From: Corynebacterium sp.
Lineage (GTDB): Bacteria > Actinomycetota > Actinomycetes > Mycobacteriales > Mycobacteriaceae
Direction of reading: 5' to 3'
Length of the DNA: 64,000 bases
Assembly: GCF_030538285.1 (NCBI RefSeq)
Contig: NZ_JAUNUG010000006.1
Location: 1,964-65,963 of the forward strand
The notes under the pieces are model-generated. The model searched no databases and was not told the DNA's origin. It saw only the letters and a program-made list of their open reading frames with translations. Of this stretch, positions 48,096 through 57,138 are shown piece by piece; positions within the stretch are counted from its first letter, which is position 1, and the number at the start of each line of letters is the position of its first letter. The translations under genes were made by a program, and so were the position numbers.

Positions 48096-50900
48096 ATGGT
48101 TGCCACTACGTCCCCGTTGCTGACGCATAACCAGCGCGTATCTGCCGCGAAGGAATTCGTGGAGAGATGGCAGGGGATCGGTTCCGAGAAATCAGACACC
48201 CATAAGTTCTGGCTGGACCTGTGCACCAATGTGCTCGGCATGAAGGAGATCACCACGGCCGTCCTCTTCGAGGGGCGCACCACCTACGGTGGTTTCATTG
48301 ACGTGCGCATCCCGGACGCCAAGACCTTCATTGAACAGAAGTCTCTCGGTGTCGATCTGGACAAACCAGATACCCGTCAAGGGCACATGGTGACTCCTTT
48401 CGAGCAGGTCAAGAATTACGTCGACTCGCAGCCGAATTCTCAGCGGCCCGACATGGTGATCGTGTGCAACTTCGGGGAGTTCCGTCTCCATGACCTCGAC
48501 GTTGAACGCCCGGAGGAGAATTATGTCTCCTTTACGTTGGAGGAACTGCCCGAGCAGTTGCACCTGTTGGATTTTCTCGTCGCGCCGCAGACCCAGCGGG
48601 CGATCCGGGAAAAGGAAGTCTCGCTGGCCGCCGGAGATCTGGTGGGGCGTCTCTATGAGGGATTAGCTGGTTTATATGCTGACCCCGATTCCCCGCAGGT
48701 GCAACATGCGTTGAATGTGCTGAGCGTGCGATTGGTGTTTTGCCTGTTTGCGGAAGACGCCGGTGTTTTCAACAAAAATGCCTTGCGGGACTACCTAGAG
48801 CCGCTGCCGGCCAATTTCATGCACATGGCACTTGACCAGCTATTTCGCATTCTGGATACTCCGTTGGAGGAGCGCTCGCCCTATGACCGGGAGCAGTTCA
48901 GTGGCTTTCCTTACGTCAACGGTGGTCTATTCCGGGAGCAGAATGTAGAGATCCCGGTATTCACCGAGGACCTCAAGACTCTCCTGGTGCGTGACATCAG
49001 CCATAGTCATGACTGGTCGCGCATCAGCCCCACCATCTTCGGCGGTGTCTTCGAGTCCACACTTAACCCGGAGACGCGCCGTTCGGGAGGGATGCACTAC
49101 ACCAGCCCGGACAACATCCATAAGGTTATTGACCCGCTGTTTCTGGATGACCTGACAGTAGAGCTGGAGAACATTCTGATCGCGAACGGGGGGGGGGGGG
49201 ACGTCAAGCGCCGGAATAACCTCAAGCGGTTCCAGGACAAACTCGCTGGACTGACGTTCTTCGATCCAGCCTGTGGTTCCGGTAACTTCCTCACCGAGAC
49301 TTACATATCCTTGCGCCGCCTGGAGAACAAGGTGTTGACGGAGATCCAGCGCGGCCAGGCAGTACTGGACGTCGGCCAAGAATCGCCGATCAAAGTGAAG
49401 GTGTCGCAGTTCTATGGCATTGAGATCAATGACTTTGCCGTATCGGTGGCCCAGACTGCCTTGTGGATCGCGCAACTGCAGGCCGATCTGGAGACCGAGA
49501 TGGTCACCTCCGGGCGGGTGGATGCACTGCCCCTGAAGGACGCGCCGGGAATTGTCCACGGTAACGCGCTGCAGGTGGAGTGGGAGAGTGTGCTCGAGCC
49601 CGAGCGTTGCAACTACATCATTGGTAATCCGCCGTTCCTGGGCTACTCAAACCTCAGTGACGATCAGAAGGCTGAACGAGCAGTCATCTTCGGGAAGTCC
49701 GGAGGTGTCCTCGACTATGTGGCCTGCTGGTACAAGCTGGCCGCTGACTACATGAAGGGCACGAAGATTGAAGCAGCGCTAGTCTCCACCAACTCGATTA
49801 CCCAGGGTCAGCAGGTACAGCCTCTATGGGAGCCGTTGTTGAGCCGTGGGTTGTTCATCAACTTCGCCCACCGGACGTTCTCATGGAGCAACGAAGCAGC
49901 GGACTACGCCGCAGTACACGTGGTCATCGTGGGGTTCAGCTACGTCGAACGGAAGGACAAGCTGCTGTTCGCGTACCGGGGGCGTGAGCTGGAGCGCGTG
50001 GATCACCCGAAGCACATCAACGGGTATCTGGTCGATGCACCGAATGTGTACGTGACGCGGAGGAGCAAACCGATCTCGGCTGTCCCGGAGATGATTGCCG
50101 GCGGGAAACCAACTGATGGTGGGCACTTGCTCCTGTCCCGATCTGAGCGCGACGAGCTGGTGAAGAAGGAGCCTGCTGCCGAGAAGTGGATCCGTCCGTT
50201 CTCTATGGGCGCGGAGTTCATCAGAGGTATCGAGAGGTTCTGTCTGTGGCTGGTGGACTGTCCACCACACGAGTTGAAGACAGTGCCAATGGTGCTTAAT
50301 CGTGTTCAGCAGGTGAGAGAGATGCGGTTGTCGTCGAAGAAGGTGGCGACGCAGAAGAAGGCCTCAACCCCCTGGTTGTTCGACGAAATTAGATACGACG
50401 GCGATGGCGACTACCTGGCCGTTCCGGCGGTCTCGTCGGAACGTCGCGAGTACATTCCGATTGGATTTGTCACCGAAGGCATGATCCCTGGGAACAAGCT
50501 CTACTTCGTTCCCAACGCCACTGTCTATGATTTCGGGATTGTCGCGTCTCGCGTTCACAATGCGTGGATGAGGACAGTCGCTGGTCGGCTCAAGTCCGAT
50601 TACAACTATGCGAACACCATCGTCTACAACAATTTCGTCTGGCCCGAGGTGGATGACCAGCAGCGGGCTGAGATCGAGGCTGCAGCACAAGCAGTGTTGG
50701 AAGCCCGCGCGGCCTACCCTGATGCTGCCTTGAAGGATTTCTATGACCCGGATCATGGCTGGCTGTTCCCGCAACTTGTGGCCGCCCACCAAGCCCTCGA
50801 CTCTGCCGTGGAGAAGGCCTACGGGTTGGAGCCTGGTTGCGAGGAGAAGGTGATCGTGGAGCACCTGTTCCAGCTCTACGGTGAGGCTGTCCAGGCCTAA
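48096..50900 (+). CDS. MmeI-like type IIL restriction-modification enzyme (nuclease + adenine methyltransferase + target recognition domain)
   Basis: N-terminal FIDV...FIEQKS (PD-ExK), PTIFGGVFES, GMHYTS, DPACGSGNFL, IIGNPPF, AGRLKSDYNY; about 935 aa. Confidence 0.9.
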   Translation: MVATTSPLLTHNQRVSAAKEFVERWQGIGSEKSDTHKFWLDLCTNVLGMKEITTAVLFEGRTTYGGFIDVRIPDAKTFIEQKSLGVDLDKPDTRQGHMVTPFEQVKNYVDSQPNSQRPDMVIVCNFGEFRLHDLDVERPEENYVSFTLEELPEQLHLLDFLVAPQTQRAIREKEVSLAAGDLVGRLYEGLAGLYADPDSPQVQHALNVLSVRLVFCLFAEDAGVFNKNALRDYLEPLPANFMHMALDQLFRILDTPLEERSPYDREQFSGFPYVNGGLFREQNVEIPVFTEDLKTLLVRDISHSHDWSRISPTIFGGVFESTLNPETRRSGGMHYTSPDNIHKVIDPLFLDDLTVELENILIANGGGGDVKRRNNLKRFQDKLAGLTFFDPACGSGNFLTETYISLRRLENKVLTEIQRGQAVLDVGQESPIKVKVSQFYGIEINDFAVSVAQTALWIAQLQADLETEMVTSGRVDALPLKDAPGIVHGNALQVEWESVLEPERCNYIIGNPPFLGYSNLSDDQKAERAVIFGKSGGVLDYVACWYKLAADYMKGTKIEAALVSTNSITQGQQVQPLWEPLLSRGLFINFAHRTFSWSNEAADYAAVHVVIVGFSYVERKDKLLFAYRGRELERVDHPKHINGYLVDAPNVYVTRRSKPISAVPEMIAGGKPTDGGHLLLSRSERDELVKKEPAAEKWIRPFSMGAEFIRGIERFCLWLVDCPPHELKTVPMVLNRVQQVREMRLSSKKVATQKKASTPWLFDEIRYDGDGDYLAVPAVSSERREYIPIGFVTEGMIPGNKLYFVPNATVYDFGIVASRVHNAWMRTVAGRLKSDYNYANTIVYNNFVWPEVDDQQRAEIEAAAQAVLEARAAYPDAALKDFYDPDHGWLFPQLVAAHQALDSAVEKAYGLEPGCEEKVIVEHLFQLYGEAVQA
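49188..49200 (+). repeat. G13 homopolymer inside the restriction-modification gene
   Basis: AAC GGG GGG GGG GGG GAC; longest homopolymer seen in the window. Confidence 0.95.
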
Positions 50901-50971
50901 GCTGCCCCGGAACCCCAAGGCCTCCGCGTCGTCTAGAGCGTAGGCAGGGGATCCAGTCTGCGGGAAAGACT

Positions 50972-51007
50972 TAGCCCCCGACCCTGTTTCCCAAGGTCGG
51001 GGGCTAT
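50972..51007. terminator. Hairpin between the restriction-modification gene and tRNA-His
   Basis: TAGCCCCCGACC...GGTCGGGGGCTA. Confidence 0.75.
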
Positions 51008-51012
51008 TCTTC

Positions 51013-51088
51013 GGGGTGGCTGACGGGGCTCGAACCCGCGACACCCAGGATCACAACCTGGTGCTCTACCAGCTGAACTACAGCCACC
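51013..51088 (-). tRNA. tRNA-His (anticodon GTG)
   Basis: Reverse complement (G)GTGGCTGTAGTTCAGCTGG...GTTGTGATC...GTTCGAGCCC...CAGCCACC. Confidence 0.96.
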
Positions 51089-51136
51089 ATCGCTGCTTAA
51101 TTGCAGCGGATTACAGATTAACCTACCGCACGCAAA

Positions 51137-51772
51137 TTACAAAAACCGCTGGTAGTGCTCGGTGGAGGCGGTGGCGCACTCGGCGGCGACAGACGACTGG
51201 GGGCCGGGGGTGGGGACGAAGATGGCGCGTCGATAGTAATCGAGCTCGCGGATTGATTCGACGATGTCCGCCAGCGCGCGGTGCGCCAGGCCCTTCTCCG
51301 GCTGGTTGAAGTAGGCCTTGGGGAACCAGCGTCGGGCGAGTTCCTTGATGGAGGAGACGTCGACCATGCGGTAGTGGAGGGCGGCGTCGAGGCGCGGCAT
51401 CTGCTCGCGGATGAAAGCCCGGTCCGTGGCGATGGAGTTGCCGGCCAGCGGGGCGGGATGATCGGGGGAGCAGTGCTCGGCGATGAGCGCCAGCACCGCG
51501 TCCTCGGCCTCCTGCAATGACACGGTGGAAGTCCGGATCTGCTCGGTGAGGCCGGACGTTCCGTGCATGTTGGTCACGAAATCATCCATCTGCGCCAGCT
51601 CTTCCTCGGTGGCGTGGACGACCAGGTCCACACCTTCGCCAATGATCTGCAGGTCGGCGTCGGTGATCAGGGCTGCGACCTCCACGATGACGTGGCGCTC
51701 CAGGTCGAGGCCGGTCATCTCCAGGTCGACCCACACGAGGCGGTCATTCTTCGCTGCGATATCCATGCTCAT
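51137..51772 (-). CDS. orn: Oligoribonuclease
   Basis: [30 protein letters not shown]. Confidence 0.96.
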   Translation of the reverse strand: MSMDIAAKNDRLVWVDLEMTGLDLERHVIVEVAALITDADLQIIGEGVDLVVHATEEELAQMDDFVTNMHGTSGLTEQIRTSTVSLQEAEDAVLALIAEHCSPDHPAPLAGNSIATDRAFIREQMPRLDAALHYRMVDVSSIKELARRWFPKAYFNQPEKGLAHRALADIVESIRELDYYRRAIFVPTPGPQSSVAAECATASTEHYQRFL

Positions 51773-52572
51773 TCCCCCATCTTGGCGTAGAAACGGCCGA
51801 TAAGGGGAGCCAGCAGGCCCGTCGGCGCGACCTTGGACACGGCGTTCATCGCCTTGCTCAGCGGGCCGGGCACCACGCGGCGCTGGTTCCTGGCCATCGC
51901 CTCCAGTGTCTCGCGGGAACAGGACTCGTAGGTGGTCCACAGGAAATCGGGCACCACTTTGTCCACGATCGACTTCTCCGCCTCCGGGATCTCCGCTTCC
52001 CGCACCGGCCCCGGCGCGAGCAAGGTGCAGGTCACGCCGGTGCCCTTGAGCTCATAGTGCAGTGCCTCGGTAAAAGCATTGACGCCGGCCTTGGTGAATA
52101 CATAGGTGGCGTTATTGGGGATCGGCACGTTGCCCGCCGCGGAACCGACGTTGCAGATCGCGCCGGACTTCCGCTCCAGCATCCCGGTGAGCGCCGCGCG
52201 GGTGAGCCGGTGCACGGCGGTGGCGTTGAGGTGGAACTGATCGACCTCATAATCCCAGTCCTGCTTCATCAGTGGCCCGAACGAGGCAATACCGGCGGAA
52301 TTGATGAGGATGTTGACCCGGTGGGCGTCGATAAGCTCGATCACCCGGCTGACCTCGTCGTGCTTGCTCAAATCCGCTGCACACACCTTCACGGTCACAC
52401 CGTGGGCGTTTTCGAGGGTGTCGGCGAGCTCGCGCAACACCGCTTCTCGACGCGCCACCACAATCACATTGTGACCCATCGACGCGAGATCACGCGCCAT
52501 GGCCATGCCGATACCCTGGCTGGCGCCGGTGACGAGAGCGAAGTTGTCCGGACTGGGGGAGGGAAGAGTCAT
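51769..52572 (-). CDS. cmrA: Mycolate reductase (SDR)
   Basis: [22 protein letters not shown]; adjacent to orn as recalled for corynebacteria and mycobacteria. Confidence 0.85.
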   Translation of the reverse strand: MTLPSPSPDNFALVTGASQGIGMAMARDLASMGHNVIVVARREAVLRELADTLENAHGVTVKVCAADLSKHDEVSRVIELIDAHRVNILINSAGIASFGPLMKQDWDYEVDQFHLNATAVHRLTRAALTGMLERKSGAICNVGSAAGNVPIPNNATYVFTKAGVNAFTEALHYELKGTGVTCTLLAPGPVREAEIPEAEKSIVDKVVPDFLWTTYESCSRETLEAMARNQRRVVPGPLSKAMNAVSKVAPTGLLAPLIGRFYAKMGE

Positions 52573-52618
52573 GGGGTCAAGGCTAGTCGCCTGGGTTGAC
52601 TGTTTTAATCTAAAACCC

Positions 52619-53974
52619 ATGAACGCCGTGTTAATCGCCGTGCTGGTGATGCTCATCCTCGCTGTTTCCCGGGTCCACGTGGTCCTGGCCCTGTTCGTCG
52701 GTGCCCTGGTCGGTGGTCTGCTCGGTGGCCTCGGCCTCGACGGCACCATGGTCGCCTTCCAGGACGGCCTGTCCGGGGGTGCGCAGATCGCCCTGTCCTA
52801 CGCCTTGCTCGGTGCTTTCGCCATGGCGGTGGCCAGCTCGGGGTTGCCGAATCTGCTGGCCAACTGGCTGATCGGGAAGTTGGGGGTGGATTCGACCTCG
52901 GCGCGCACGAAGACGATCGCGCTGACGAAGTGGGGCATGATCGCCGGCATTCTGGCCATGGCGATCATGAGCCAGAACCTCATTCCGGTGCACATCGCCT
53001 TCATTCCGCTGATTATCCCGCCGCTGCTGGCCGTGTTCAACCGCCTGCAGATCGACCGCCGCCTCATCGCGGTGGTGCTCACGTTCGGCCTGGTCACCAC
53101 GTACATGTGGATCCCGATCGGCTTCGGCAACATTTTCCTCAATGACATCCTGCTGGGCAACATCGAGACCGCCGGCCTGGACACCAGCAACATCAACATC
53201 TTCACCACGATGACCATCCCGGCGCTCGGCATGGTGGTTGGTCTGCTCATCGCGGTGTTCTTCACTTATCGACGCCCCCGTACCTACGCCGACAAACCCA
53301 TCACCGTCGGCACCGACGCCGCCGAGGAACCGATCTCCCGCTACCGCATCATCGTGGCGCTCATCGCGATCGTCGCCACGTTTGCGGTCCAGGTCGTCAT
53401 GCAGTCCCTGGGTACGGAAGCCAACTCCCTGCTCATCGGCGCGCTCACCGGCCTGGCGATCTTCCTGGCCACCGGTGCAGTCAAGTGGAATCAGGCCGAT
53501 GACATCTTCACCGCCGGCATGAAGATGATGGCCCTTATCGGCTTCATCATGATCACCGCTCAGGGCTTCGCCGCCGTCATGTCCGCCACCGGCGAGGTCG
53601 ACTCCCTGGTCACCGCCTCCGCCGAACTCTTCGCCGGCTCCAAGGCGGCGGCCGCGGTGGCGATGCTGGTGGTCGGGCTCATCGTCACCATGGGCATCGG
53701 CTCCAGCTTCTCGACGCTGCCCATCATCACCACCATTTACGTCCCCCTCTGCCTGGCGATGGGCTTCTCCCCGGTAGCCACCGTCGCCATCATCGGCACC
53801 GCCGGCGCCCTCGGTGACGCCGGCTCCCCGGCATCCGACTCCACCCTGGGCCCCACCTCGGGTCTCAACGCCGACGGCCAGCACGACCACATCCGGGACT
53901 CGGTCATCCCGACCTTCATCCACTTCAACATCCCGCTACTCATCGCCGGCTTCGCCGCCGCGATGGTGCTGTAG
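52619..53974 (+). CDS. YuiF-like Na+/H+ antiporter-family amino acid transporter
   Basis: SQNLIPVHIAFIP, GDAGSPASDSTLGPT, DGQHDHI. Confidence 0.85.
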   Translation: MNAVLIAVLVMLILAVSRVHVVLALFVGALVGGLLGGLGLDGTMVAFQDGLSGGAQIALSYALLGAFAMAVASSGLPNLLANWLIGKLGVDSTSARTKTIALTKWGMIAGILAMAIMSQNLIPVHIAFIPLIIPPLLAVFNRLQIDRRLIAVVLTFGLVTTYMWIPIGFGNIFLNDILLGNIETAGLDTSNINIFTTMTIPALGMVVGLLIAVFFTYRRPRTYADKPITVGTDAAEEPISRYRIIVALIAIVATFAVQVVMQSLGTEANSLLIGALTGLAIFLATGAVKWNQADDIFTAGMKMMALIGFIMITAQGFAAVMSATGEVDSLVTASAELFAGSKAAAAVAMLVVGLIVTMGIGSSFSTLPIITTIYVPLCLAMGFSPVATVAIIGTAGALGDAGSPASDSTLGPTSGLNADGQHDHIRDSVIPTFIHFNIPLLIAGFAAAMVL

Positions 53975-54035
53975 ATCGCCGTGCAGGAGGGCCCAAAAAT
54001 GGGCCTGAAAAAGCCACTGCTGCACGGCGATCTAC
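53971..54035. repeat. 16-bp perfect inverted repeat, REP-doublet-like
   Basis: GTAGATCGCCGTGCAG...CTGCACGGCGATCTAC with inner GGCCCA..TGGGCC hairpin. Confidence 0.7.
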
Positions 54036-54043
54036 CTCAGGGG

Positions 54044-54116
54044 CGCCCCCGATTGGATTCGAACCAACGACCGACGGATTAGAAGTCCGGTGCTCTATCC
54101 ACTGAGCTACGGAGGC
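54044..54116 (-). tRNA. tRNA-Arg (anticodon TCT)
   Basis: Reverse complement GCCTCCGTAGCTCAGTGG...ACTTCTAAT...GTTCGAATCC...GGGGGCG. Confidence 0.95.
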
Positions 54117-54236
54117 ATGCGCGCTAAATCCTAACGCACAACCCGGCGGAACCGGAAAAGTTCCCAGGTAGTGAGCAGATTCACGCCCACGTACCCTGGC
54201 TAGGACCTCAGCGTTTCGCGGATTAGGGTAGAGCGC

Positions 54237-56405
54237 ATGTCAGCACCACAGGCAACGGAGACAGTCACGCGGGCGTCGATAAGCGAAAAGAAGGTGCGGC
54301 CGACGTGGCCGCTCTACCTGCTGTTTTTCGGTGTCGCGGGCCTGGTGGGTGCGACGATCTCCTTCGAGTTCCTCACGGACTCGCTCGTGGCGCTGGGCAT
54401 TCCGGATCCCGGGCCGGTGACCACGTGGGGGCTACCATTCTTCCGTGCGGTGGGCTGGATGCTGGCGGCGCTGGCGATCGGCTCGTTCATGTTCGCGGCG
54501 TTCTACATCTCGCCGAAGGTGCCGGGGGGCGACAACTCGCGCTTGGTGGAGGCCCCGCTGAGTGTTGACGGGGATATCGCCGCACGCACCGGCGCCCTGG
54601 CGACCTTGAGTTTCGGGCTCATCGCCCTGCTCATGATCCCGCTGACGCTCTCGGATGTCTCCGGCACCCCGTTCCGCAACACGCTCGCCATCGACATGTG
54701 GGGCGTGGCGATCAGCCAGGTCTCCACCGCCCTGGCATGGTCGGTGGTGGCGGGAATTTCGCTGGTCGTGGGCGTGGCGGGGCTGATCTTCCGGAAATGG
54801 ATCGCGCAGCCGCTGCTTCTGGTCGGTGCGATCCTTACCATTGTGCCGCTGGGCATGGAAGGTCACGCCGCGGCGGGTGGCGCGCACGACTACGGCACGA
54901 ACTCCTACCTGTGGCACCTCATCGCCATGGCGGTGTGGGTCGGTGGCCTCATGGCGCTCATCGCGCACGGCCGCCGACTGGGCCCCGACATGGAGATCGG
55001 GCTGCGGCGCTACTCCAGCGTGGCGTTGTTCGCGCTGATCGCCATGACCGTTTCCGGCCTCATCAACGCCGCGGTCCGCGTGGAGTGGGAGGACTGGCTG
55101 ACCACCACCTACGGTTTCATCCTGGTGACCAAGACGGTCGGCCTGGTGCTGCTGGGTTTCCTGGGTTTCGTGCACCGGATGATCACCATCCCGGTGATCG
55201 ACTCGAAGCCGGGGATGTTTATGCGTTTCGCCCTCGTGGAGGTCATCCTCATGGCGGCGGTCACCGGTGTGGCCATCACGATGGGGCGTACGCCGCCGCC
55301 CCCGCCGCGCGATCCGAACCTCTCCCAGATGGCCATCCAGATGGGCTATGACCTCTACGAGAAGCCCACCCTGGCCAACGTGTTCACCATGTGGCGTTTT
55401 GACGTGATGTTCGGCGCCATCGCCCTGCTGATCACCGCCGGCTACCTCTACGGCGTGTGGCGCGTGCACCGCCAGGGCGGCCGGTGGAACCCGCTGTACA
55501 CCACGATGTGGCTGCTGGGCACGGGCAGCCTGTTCGTCACCACCAGTTCGGGCCTGGGCATGAACATGCCGGCCACCTACTCGATGCACATGATCGTGCA
55601 CATGATCCTGTCGATGGTGGTGCCGCTGTTCCTGGTGCTCGGCGGCCCGTTGACGCTGCTCATGACGGCCTATGCGCCGGGTGCGCCGGGCCAACCAGGT
55701 CCGCATGATTGGGCGCTGGCGATCACCAAGGCTCCGCTGCTGAAGTTCCTCACGCATCCGCTGGTGAATACGCTGCAGTTCCTCTTCGTCTTCTACGTCC
55801 TCTACCTGTTTATCCCCCTGTATGAGCTGGCGATCTCGGAGCACGCCGGCCACCTGGCCATGAACTGGGCGTTCCTGATCTCCGGCTACCTGTATTTCTG
55901 GGAGCTGGTGGGGGTGGATCCGACCCCGGTGCGCCGCCCCACGGCGATCCGCCTGGCCTGGCTGGTGGGCTCCATGCCCTTCCACCTCTTCGCCGGCATT
56001 TACCTCATGCAGCTGACCACGGTGATGGGCGAGGATTTCTACATGAGCCTCGGCCTGCCCTGGGAGCTTGATCTCCTGCAGGATCAGCGGGTGGGCGGCG
56101 GCATCGGCTGGGCGTCAGGCTCCTTCCCGATGGGCCTGGTGTTCCTGTTGTTGTTTATCGGCTGGCGTCGCGATGATCGCGCCACGGAGACCGCCTACGA
56201 GGAGCGCGTGGCCGCCGGTGAGGACCAGGACTTTGAGGCCTACAACGACATGCTGGCCCGTATCTCCGCAGGTGGGACGGCGCGTTCGGAGTTCGAGGAG
56301 AAGGAGTTCCCCAAGGCTGCGGAGTCCGCAGCTGCGGACTCTGATGGCTCCCCGGAGGAGCCTGCAGGGCCCGTACTCGATCTTCGCTCGCGCCGCAAAC
56401 GTTGA
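54237..56405 (+). CDS. ctiP: CopD-CtaG fusion, copper transport/insertion protein for cytochrome aa3 oxidase
   Basis: GHAAAGGAHDYGTNS, WVGGL, HMIVHMILSM, MPFHLFAG, DQRVGGGIGW. Confidence 0.85.
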   Translation: MSAPQATETVTRASISEKKVRPTWPLYLLFFGVAGLVGATISFEFLTDSLVALGIPDPGPVTTWGLPFFRAVGWMLAALAIGSFMFAAFYISPKVPGGDNSRLVEAPLSVDGDIAARTGALATLSFGLIALLMIPLTLSDVSGTPFRNTLAIDMWGVAISQVSTALAWSVVAGISLVVGVAGLIFRKWIAQPLLLVGAILTIVPLGMEGHAAAGGAHDYGTNSYLWHLIAMAVWVGGLMALIAHGRRLGPDMEIGLRRYSSVALFALIAMTVSGLINAAVRVEWEDWLTTTYGFILVTKTVGLVLLGFLGFVHRMITIPVIDSKPGMFMRFALVEVILMAAVTGVAITMGRTPPPPPRDPNLSQMAIQMGYDLYEKPTLANVFTMWRFDVMFGAIALLITAGYLYGVWRVHRQGGRWNPLYTTMWLLGTGSLFVTTSSGLGMNMPATYSMHMIVHMILSMVVPLFLVLGGPLTLLMTAYAPGAPGQPGPHDWALAITKAPLLKFLTHPLVNTLQFLFVFYVLYLFIPLYELAISEHAGHLAMNWAFLISGYLYFWELVGVDPTPVRRPTAIRLAWLVGSMPFHLFAGIYLMQLTTVMGEDFYMSLGLPWELDLLQDQRVGGGIGWASGSFPMGLVFLLLFIGWRRDDRATETAYEERVAAGEDQDFEAYNDMLARISAGGTARSEFEEKEFPKAAESAAADSDGSPEEPAGPVLDLRSRRKR

Positions 56406-56424
56406 TGCGGAAACCGGCCGTTTT

Positions 56425-56450
56425 CTGTGGATAACTCGAGTTATCCACAG
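56425..56450. promoter_or_regulatory. Perfect 26-bp palindrome of two DnaA boxes upstream of ssb
   Basis: CTGTGGATAACTCGAGTTATCCACAG. Confidence 0.75.
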
Positions 56451-56538
56451 GCTTATCGACGCCGCGTTTGTCACCCTCCCACACCCCTGCCAGGCTGCGA
56501 GGTGTCACCACGACACCACACACCACAAGGGGGAAAAC

Positions 56539-57075
56539 ATGGCCCAGACACCTACGACACTCATCGGCAATCTCACCGAGGAACCCAGCCTGCAGTTCTT
56601 CGAGAAGAACCAGACCTACAAGGCGCGGTTCCGCATCGCTTCCTCCCGCCGCACGCGGGATAAGAACAACCCGGAAATATGGAACGATTCGGATCTGCTC
56701 TACATCGACGTTGAGGTGTGGGGTCCGCTCGCGCTCAACTGCAAGAAGTCGCTGACCAAGGGGATGCCGGTCCTCGTGCACGGCTCACTGTTCACTGATG
56801 AGTGGGAGGTCAAGGGCACCGACGAAAAGCGTCAGGTGGTGCGCCTGCGCGGCTACTCGGTGGGCCTGGACCTCAACCGCTACGTCATCGCCTCGCAGCG
56901 CATTGAGGCCGCGGAGAAGAACCTCATCGGGGCGGCCCTGCCCGCGCACGTGGATCCGGCGAGCCTGTGCGACCGGATCCACCCGGACAAGGAGAACGGC
57001 AACGAGGACAACTCCTCGGTATTCGGCCCGCCGCCGGAGCCGGTGGTCGAGCAGAAGGAGGATGTCCCCTTCTAG
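56539..57075 (+). CDS. ssb: Single-stranded DNA-binding protein, second paralogue (SsbB-like)
   Basis: LIGNLTEEP, FRIASSRR, VEVWG, KGMPVLVHG, acidic EDVPF tail; upstream of ettA rather than in the rpsF operon. Confidence 0.88.
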   Translation: MAQTPTTLIGNLTEEPSLQFFEKNQTYKARFRIASSRRTRDKNNPEIWNDSDLLYIDVEVWGPLALNCKKSLTKGMPVLVHGSLFTDEWEVKGTDEKRQVVRLRGYSVGLDLNRYVIASQRIEAAEKNLIGAALPAHVDPASLCDRIHPDKENGNEDNSSVFGPPPEPVVEQKEDVPF

Positions 57076-57138
57076 CTCGTCCGGGCCGGTCATGTACCCT
57101 GTGGAGTGTCTTTACCGCACTAGAAACATAGGGGAAAA

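Noticed and set aside
47920-51090. Prophage or integrative element at tRNA-His
   Set aside because: No integrase, phage gene or duplicated tRNA 3' end was found.
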